Origin: an uncultured delta proteobacterium
Lineage (GTDB): Bacteria > Desulfobacterota > Syntrophorhabdia > Syntrophorhabdales > WCHB1-27
Reading direction: 5' to 3'
NCBI GenBank assembly: GCA_963825005.1
Contig: CAWGRP010000004.1
Coordinates: 1-32,000 of the forward strand
DNA: 32,000 nucleotides
The translations under genes were made by a program, and so were the position numbers. Shown one piece after another: positions 27,616-32,000 of this stretch. The first letter of the stretch is position 1. Each line of letters starts with the position of its first letter. Under the pieces are notes generated by a model. The model saw only the letters and a program-made list of their open reading frames with translations. It ran no database searches and was not told the origin of the DNA.

Positions 27616-27945
27616 TTAGTACCTTGGCAGCTTGGCCTCATCATCGTCGCCGCCGCTTTTCGCAGGCCCGAAAGCCAGGGCCGGCGCCACTGCATCGACC
27701 TTCTCCTTCGTCATGCCGGGTACCTTCATCAGGTCATCAGCAGACTTGAATGAACCCGATTTCGTGCGTGTCTCAACCATAGCCTTTGCCATGTCGCCGG
27801 AGATTCCCGGGACCTTTCCCAGTTGGTCCGCAGTCGCTGCGTTTACGTTCACCTTCGCCGGTCCTTGCGCGCACACGGCTGCTGCCAGGATAAAAGCAAA
27901 ACCCAGGCAAACAACAAACCCTGCAACTAATGTCTTCTTAATCAT
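27616..27945 (-). CDS. Secreted ComEA-like helix-hairpin-helix protein (copy 1)
   Basis: Signal peptide, then VNVNAATADQLGKVPGISGDMAKAMVETRTKSGSFKSADDLMKVPGMTKEKVDAV; acidic GDDDEAK tail. Confidence 0.9.
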   Translation of the reverse strand: MIKKTLVAGFVVCLGFAFILAAAVCAQGPAKVNVNAATADQLGKVPGISGDMAKAMVETRTKSGSFKSADDLMKVPGMTKEKVDAVAPALAFGPAKSGGDDDEAKLPRY

Positions 27946-28134
27946 CTCTCTGTCCTCCTTTTGTGTTTAGTTTGACACGTTAAATCCTGCGTTTTTCTCT
28001 GCTGTCTATTATCAGTCAACCAGAAACACGTACCGTATTAGGCCGGAACCGGGGAAGTCCTGGGCGATCTAAAATCAGCGTCCGAGCGCTCCCCCAGCTC
28101 CGCGAGGCCTGCGATACGATCTATATGTACATAC

Positions 28135-29496
28135 TTACTTCGCCATTTTCCAGATGGCCGGGCAGTCACCGCTCAAGGGTTCTGCCTTGCTCAGGTCTTT
28201 GCCGGCCAGCCCCGGATAATCCTTTCCATACTTGTAAGACCGATGAATCATGTTGGCGGCAAGATCCTCCCTCGCCGATACGCTGTGTTTCGCGTCGTCA
28301 TAGAAGCAGTTAATCTTGTCCCCTGGAAAAACAGGGTTAACCCATTCCCAGACCACTTGCGGCTTCGGGTCATGCGTAACCTCGAAGACGTGACCATGAT
28401 TGCTCGATGTCACCAGGATATTGCCGTTGGGAAGCTTCTGCGCCGACCCCTGGTACGTAGTATAGAAACTGTTTCCGATGACCGGCTCAAACTGCCAGAC
28501 AATCTTACCCGTCTTCGGATCCATCTCTACAACGCGGGAACGGTTTTTTTCCGGCCGTTTCCAGCCGTTGTCAAATATCTGAAAATTGCCGTTTTCAAGC
28601 CGCGTTACATGGTGAGGACCGAAGAGAATCTGATCTCCGTCGTCCACGAAGCCGGGTTTTTTGCCTTTGCCGTAGGTAGTCGGATTGCCCCAGCGATACT
28701 CGATCGCGCCCGTCTTGTGATTGATAAGGAAGAATTCGCCGAAATTTCGGGAATTGACGAGGATCTGATCGGTCGCAGGGATATAGTCGAGCGTGTTGAA
28801 ATGCGTCCAGTCAGGCACGTGCATATATCCGCTTGCTTTGGGCAGCTGGTAGTTGACGTTCAGTTTCTTCGGCCCCTTTCCTATGTGGTCCCAGGCATGC
28901 CACTCCCATACTACCTTCTTGTCCCTGTTGACCTCCTTCACGTAATCCGGCCAGAGGCCCGTATATTTCATTCCTTCGAATTCGAATTCCTTAGGCATGG
29001 TCTTCGGGTTACGCCCTTTCTTGATCGCTTCGGCAGCGCTCTTGTATTCCCAGCCCAGCACAAGAATATTCCCGTTCGGCATGATGTTGAAGCAGTGGTG
29101 CTGAACCATGGTCGGGGTATACTCCTTGTATTCCCAGACAACGTTTCCATCCCAATCGATTTCCTGAATTAGACCGGCGGTGCCACCGAACTTGACAGGC
29201 GCCTTGTCGGGGTCCGGCCTTCCGGCCCGCAGAAGATTCCCATTCGGCAGGAGCATCGCGAAAAGCCCCGGCATATACGGGCTCTTCCATGTATGGACGA
29301 CGTTTCCCTCCATATCGATGAGATAGGTGGTCGTGCTCAAACTGGGAGCAAACAACATGTAACCATCGTATGCCTTTTCCTTGTTGTATCTGATTAGTCC
29401 GGTTGGCCCGTAGAGCAGCTCATAGGCCCCTGCTGAAATTACTGAAACCGCGATAAACGTCATAACGGCTAACGCACACAAACATTTTTTGGACAT
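28135..29496 (-). CDS. Arylsulfotransferase (ASST)-family secreted protein
   Basis: MSKKCLCALAVMTFIAVSVISAGA signal; TTYLIDMEGNVVHTWKSPY, LLPNGNLLRAG, HHCFNIMPNGNILVLGWE, DWTHFNTLDYI, FGPHHVTRLENGNFQIFDNG. Confidence 0.88.
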   Translation of the reverse strand: MSKKCLCALAVMTFIAVSVISAGAYELLYGPTGLIRYNKEKAYDGYMLFAPSLSTTTYLIDMEGNVVHTWKSPYMPGLFAMLLPNGNLLRAGRPDPDKAPVKFGGTAGLIQEIDWDGNVVWEYKEYTPTMVQHHCFNIMPNGNILVLGWEYKSAAEAIKKGRNPKTMPKEFEFEGMKYTGLWPDYVKEVNRDKKVVWEWHAWDHIGKGPKKLNVNYQLPKASGYMHVPDWTHFNTLDYIPATDQILVNSRNFGEFFLINHKTGAIEYRWGNPTTYGKGKKPGFVDDGDQILFGPHHVTRLENGNFQIFDNGWKRPEKNRSRVVEMDPKTGKIVWQFEPVIGNSFYTTYQGSAQKLPNGNILVTSSNHGHVFEVTHDPKPQVVWEWVNPVFPGDKINCFYDDAKHSVSAREDLAANMIHRSYKYGKDYPGLAGKDLSKAEPLSGDCPAIWKMAK

Positions 29497-29929
29497 GCCT
29501 TCCCCCTCGTAAGAAGTTTTTATATTGAAGTGCCACACGGCCCTTCCACCAACTCTTTTCCCACCCCCTCTCAGCGTATAACTTGTTGCGCTAAACCAAG
29601 AAGCCCTATGCACGCAGCGTGCGTCTCTGTGAAGCGCGTTACAGTCTTCTCGACCGTCTGATACGTAGTAATCAAGCCGTAGGAAAATTATTACAGACGA
29701 TCGGAGAGATCCTGCTGATTACATGCGAACCCCATGCCAGCGTAAAGAGTCTCAGGATATTTTGTAATCGCCTGAAATTAAAGGCAAGTAGCTGCCCCGT
29801 GACCAGACGAGGAGAAGCCGGAAAGCAAGAAATGTAAAGCCTCCTGCACAGATGTGCCTGTAGCTGCACAGATGGTGATCGAGCTAATGGCCGCACAAAA
29901 CTGACTCTCTCCGTGGAAGATCTGCAGTT

Positions 29930-31291
29930 CTACATCTCCAGGCCGTACTGCGCCATCTTATCGTAAAAGGCGCGGCGGCTGATGCCGAGGAGGCGTGCGG
30001 CCATACTGCGGTTATTATCCGCAGCCTTCAGGGCTTTGACGATTGCTTTCTTCTCCGCCTCTTCAACCACCTGCCTCAAAGGCAGTGGCGTTCCATCCAC
30101 CCCACCGCTGGTCTCTTTCGCGGGACCTCGTTCAATGCTGAGGCAGTCGAGCGTGAGCGCCTCATCTTCGGCAAGAAGAACCGCTCGCTCCAGGATGTTG
30201 GCCAGTTCCCTGATGTTTCCCTTCCAGGGCCAGCTGTACATCGCCTCCAGCACGTTAGGTTTGATCGTGCTGATCTTCTTCTTGTATGCCTTGCAGAACT
30301 TGTTTAAGAAATGATCGATGAGGAGAGGAATGTCTTCCAGTCGCTCTCTCAAAGGAGGCAGGTGGAGAGGAACCACGGCCAGGCGATAGTACAGGTCATC
30401 ACGAAACATTTCCTCTTCTATCATTGGACGTAGATCACGGTTCGTCGCTGATATGAAACGCACGTCAATCTGGATTGTCTGATTTCCTCCAACGGGTTTT
30501 ATCTCTCTTTCCTGGATTGCCCGGAGCAGTTTCACCTGGGTGGAAAGTTTGATATTGGAGATCTCATCCAGGAATACAGTTCCCCCCTGGGCCTCCTCAA
30601 GCAGGCCTCTTTTGGCCCTTATGGCCCCGGTGAATGCGCCTTTGACATGACCGAAGAGCTCGCTCTCCAAAAGTGTTTCCGTCAACGCGCCGCAGTCGAT
30701 CGGCACAAAGGGATGGTCCTCCCGGGAGCTGTTCGCGTGAATCATCCGGGCCAGCAGCTCTTTGCCTGTTCCGCTTTCCCCTTCGATCAACACGGAGGCT
30801 TGCGAGTCGGATATCTTTTCAACCTTTCGCAGGAGTTCGTGCATCGCCCTGCTTGACCCAACGACCATCTTTGGGAACTCTCCGTTCTCTTCCTGAATGC
30901 GCAACGTATCCAGCTTCCGATGCAATTTTCCATATTCGAGTGCCCTGCGGAACAGGATCTCCGCCTCCTGCATCTTGAACGGTTTGGTGATATAGTGAAA
31001 AGCGCCGAGCTTTATAGCCTGCACTGCCGTCTCGATGGTTCCCACGCCGGTGATGATGATAAAAGGCAAGGTGGAATCGGAAGCTCTGACCCGTTCGAGA
31101 AGCTCGAGGCCGCTGAGGTCATCCATGGCCATGTCTGACAGGACAAGGTCAAACATGGTTTCTTCGATCGCCTTCCAGCCTTCCTCGCCGGACCCGGCAG
31201 TTGTCACGTCATAGCCAAGCCGGTTCAAGAATCGGGCAAGAACCTGCCTCATCTCCGGCTCATCTTCCACGATGAGAATTTTCTCAGCCAT
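29930..31291 (-). CDS. Sigma54-dependent (NtrC-type) response regulator
   Basis: Receiver domain ILIVEDEPEMRQVLARFLNRLGYDVTTAG...DLVLSDMAMDD; AAA+ GESGTGKELLARMIHANS and ELFGHVKGAFTGA; C-terminal Fis-type HTH NNRSMAARLLGISRRAFYDKMAQYGL. Confidence 0.97.
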   Translation of the reverse strand: MAEKILIVEDEPEMRQVLARFLNRLGYDVTTAGSGEEGWKAIEETMFDLVLSDMAMDDLSGLELLERVRASDSTLPFIIITGVGTIETAVQAIKLGAFHYITKPFKMQEAEILFRRALEYGKLHRKLDTLRIQEENGEFPKMVVGSSRAMHELLRKVEKISDSQASVLIEGESGTGKELLARMIHANSSREDHPFVPIDCGALTETLLESELFGHVKGAFTGAIRAKRGLLEEAQGGTVFLDEISNIKLSTQVKLLRAIQEREIKPVGGNQTIQIDVRFISATNRDLRPMIEEEMFRDDLYYRLAVVPLHLPPLRERLEDIPLLIDHFLNKFCKAYKKKISTIKPNVLEAMYSWPWKGNIRELANILERAVLLAEDEALTLDCLSIERGPAKETSGGVDGTPLPLRQVVEEAEKKAIVKALKAADNNRSMAARLLGISRRAFYDKMAQYGLEM

Positions 31292-32000
31292 GCTTTCTTG
31301 TTTCCACGCCAGCCTCTTTCATCGGCTCCGTCGAAGACTCACCGAGAGGGAGATCGATGAAAATGGTCGTCCCTTCTCCCATCTTCGATTCTACACGCAC
31401 GGACCCATTATGCTTCTCGATGATACGCTTCGAGATCGAGAGGCCGAGCCCGAAGCCCTTGTTCTTTCTTGCTGTGTAGAAGGGGTTAAATATTTTTGGC
31501 AAATCCTTTTCAGGTATGCCCATACCGGTATCAGCTATTCGGAGACAAACATTCTGGCTGCCGTTCTGCCTTTCCCTGGAAACCTGTATCCGGATGGTAC
31601 CTTTGTCCGAAATCGCCTGGATTGAATTGAGGATCAGGTTGACAAAGACCTGCTGCATCTGGTTGTCATCCCCCTCAAACATCACCGGCTCTGCAGGAAA
31701 CGCCTTCTCCACGCGAATCCCTTTCTGTCTTAATTGTTGTTTGCAGAGAGATAAGGACTCCTCAACCAGAGAAGATAAGTCAATAGGCGCATGTGCCGGC
31801 GGCCGTGGCCGTGTAAAGGTCAAGAGATCATCGATGAACTTTCCCGCCCGAACCGCATTCCGTTCGATCGCTTCCAGGCCCTCTTTGGCGCTTTCCTGGC
31901 ACAATTGCAGCTGGAGAAGTTCCTCTGTGTTGGCCAGTATGATACCCAGGGGATTGTTGATCTCATGGGCGATTCCCGCGGCCATCTCGCCCATGATCGC
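31284..32000 (-). CDS. Sensor histidine kinase, 5' part outside the window
   Basis: MGEMAAGIAHEINNPLG H-box, NQMQQVFVNLILNSIQAI N-box, IADTGMGIPEKDLPKIFNPFYTARKNKGFGLGLSISKRIIEKHNG; overlaps the response regulator start; open at the window edge. Confidence 0.93.
   Translation of the reverse strand, partial: AIMGEMAAGIAHEINNPLGIILANTEELLQLQLCQESAKEGLEAIERNAVRAGKFIDDLLTFTRPRPPAHAPIDLSSLVEESLSLCKQQLRQKGIRVEKAFPAEPVMFEGDDNQMQQVFVNLILNSIQAISDKGTIRIQVSRERQNGSQNVCLRIADTGMGIPEKDLPKIFNPFYTARKNKGFGLGLSISKRIIEKHNGSVRVESKMGEGTTIFIDLPLGESSTEPMKEAGVETRKHG

Noticed and set aside
29850-29890. Direct repeat CTGCACAGATG spaced about 20 bp upstream of the ASST gene region
   Set aside because: Only two short copies; no recognisable binding-site architecture. 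It could be a regulator half-site pair but is too weak to report as a feature.
1-32000. CRISPR arrays, tRNA/rRNA genes, IS elements or phage genes
   Set aside because: No regularly spaced repeats, tRNA-like cloverleaf, rRNA signature, transposase/integrase motifs or phage structural genes were seen on inspection.

Overview
The window is a dense bacterial gene neighbourhood. Almost everything from ~4 kb onward is on the minus strand; a short plus-strand pair sits at ~14.7-15.8 kb. Main blocks are: (1) plus-strand genes for a lipoprotein-type nucleotide pyrophosphatase/phosphodiesterase, a small secreted protein and a HAD-type hydrolase; (2) a TetR regulator with a VKOR-like membrane protein, sharing TGTGAATA-type operator sequences; (3) a CoA-disulfide-reductase-like flavoprotein, an arsM-arsC-arsR-acr3 arsenic cassette with a perfect inverted-repeat operator, and a TtrA/TtrB-like molybdenum oxidoreductase next to it; (4) a small plus-strand ORF with two in-frame UGA codons (candidate selenoprotein) ahead of an HMA+CDF transporter; (5) a YeiH/UPF0324 transporter block; (6) a long co-oriented block at 17.9-32 kb. 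That block encodes a 956-aa secreted protein with an internal duplication, three secreted ComEA-like helix-hairpin-helix proteins, a Psr/Phs-like Mo/FeS/NrfD complex, a Tat-exported phosphodiesterase, an arylsulfotransferase-family protein and a sigma54 two-component system. Block 6 is the best candidate for an undescribed system. The arsenic-linked TtrA-like enzyme and the possible U-x-x-U small protein are the next most interesting. Single-base frameshifts are frequent at 6.3-14 kb, with one more near 21.27 kb, and need to be resolved as assembly error or real decay. All family calls come from motif and sequence recognition; no database search was run.
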